Shown here: positions 31,431-32,000 of the stretch, piece by piece | How the letters are laid out: every line of letters begins with the position of its first letter | Numbering within the stretch: the stretch's first letter is position 1 | From: Candidatus Hadarchaeota archaeon | GTDB lineage: Archaea > Hadarchaeota > Hadarchaeia > Hadarchaeales > Hadarchaeaceae | Assembly: GCA_964514965.1 (NCBI GenBank) | Contig: CAZETV010000001.1 | Location: forward strand, 993,063 to 1,025,062 | Direction: 5' to 3' | DNA length: 32,000 bases | Notes under the pieces: model-generated | Told to the model about the DNA's origin: nothing | What the model saw: only the letters and a program-made list of their open reading frames with translations | Database searches by the model: none | Position numbers and translations under genes: made by a program

Positions 31431-32000
31431 TCAAACAGTTTCAAGTCCTCCTCTGACAGTGGAAATTTTTACTTTTTTCAATCCTTCTTTTTTTGCTGTG
31501 CGTGCGAGTTCTAGCAAGCGTTCGCGGTCGGGCATAGGAAGCTTTCGGAAGTCCTGGTCGAAAGTGCGCTGGTTGCGGAACTGTTGGAGACGCAAACAAT
31601 CAACGCCTTTAACGTCGTTCGCTATCCGCGCTATGGTTCTCTCGTCGTCATTCAGTGTCGGCACTACCGTGGTACGCGCTTCGATTTCGGCTTTTGAGCT
31701 GATTACGAGCTTTAGGCTTTCTTTAACTTTGTCAGTTAAGTCTGGCACCCGCATTTGACCAGTCGCTCGGGCATAGAGTTTTGAATCACTCAGAGGTGCC
31801 TTGATGTCGATTGCGACGAAATCTAGATGAGGCAACAAACGTTCAAGCGTTTTGGGGTTGCTCCCGTTTGTTTCTATAGCGCAATAGAATCCGAGTCCTT
31901 TCGATTTTTTCAAAATATCTAAGCAAGCTTCGGGCTGGAGGAGCGGCTCCCCTCCTGTGATCAAGATCGTGTCGACGAGAGGTCCGAGCCTCTTGATTTG
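31431..32000 (-). CDS. Radical SAM activating-enzyme family protein (NrdG/PflA-like); N-terminus beyond the window end
   Basis: ILITGGEPLLQPE, CAIETNGSNP and FVAIDIKAPL are typical of the radical SAM TIM-barrel core of glycyl-radical activases and related enzymes. The reading frame stays open upstream of the listed Met to base 32000. The CxxxCxxC cluster motif would lie outside the window, so the assignment is by partial similarity only. Confidence 0.6.
   Translation of the reverse strand, partial: QIKRLGPLVDTILITGGEPLLQPEACLDILKKSKGLGFYCAIETNGSNPKTLERLLPHLDFVAIDIKAPLSDSKLYARATGQMRVPDLTDKVKESLKLVISSKAEIEARTTVVPTLNDDERTIARIANDVKGVDCLRLQQFRNQRTFDQDFRKLPMPDRERLLELARTAKKEGLKKVKISTVRGGLETV

Noticed and set aside
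1-32000. tRNA and rRNA genes
   Set aside because: I scanned the intergenic regions by eye (5621-5800, 9180-9274, 10352-10631, 24603-24737, 25470-25570, 30958-31102, 31298-31430). None shows a cloverleaf-compatible, GC-rich 70-90 nt segment or rRNA-like sequence. A tRNAscan-type search would be needed for certainty.

Overview
This window looks like archaeal chromosome. The markers are archaeal-type PheS/PheT, ribosomal protein L10e/uL16, Pth2, a DRG-type GTPase, a geranylgeranyl reductase and class III (archaeal pilin) signal peptides. It splits into four parts. (1) 1-13.9 kb is a housekeeping block: ppdK (truncated by the window edge and absent from the ORF track), agmatinase, uL16, trkA, a DRG GTPase, an RNase P RNA-like structured RNA, geranylgeranyl reductase, pth2, thiL, a subtilisin-like ORF that stops just before its catalytic Ser, and pheS/pheT. 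(2) 13.9-14.2 kb is a GC-rich, ORF-free island that looks like a second structured RNA of unknown class. (3) 14.3-26.7 kb is a large type IV filament locus resembling Tad/Epd. It has a secretion ATPase, two separate single-domain platform proteins, an HTH regulator, three pilin genes on the + strand (two tandem paralogs and one very short pilin), and a tightly coupled 8-gene minus-strand operon of seven pilin-like proteins plus a polytopic membrane protein. It ends with a convergent pair of MinD/ParA ATPases, one with a degenerate active site, flanking a small 2-TM protein. No prepilin peptidase is visible. (4) 26.7-31.4 kb is a lower-GC accessory island. It carries a SWIM + DDE (YREK) transposase and an unusual restriction-modification module: an RHH-like regulator with ATACGTAT palindromes, a stand-alone HsdR-N-type PD-(D/E)xK nuclease, and an HsdM-like methyltransferase fused to a single HsdS-like recognition domain. 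It also has a 64-aa orphan ORF bracketed by two homologous promoter-like modules with iteron-like direct repeats. The window ends inside a radical SAM activase-like gene. All calls come from reading the translations and the nucleotide sequence; no database search was run.
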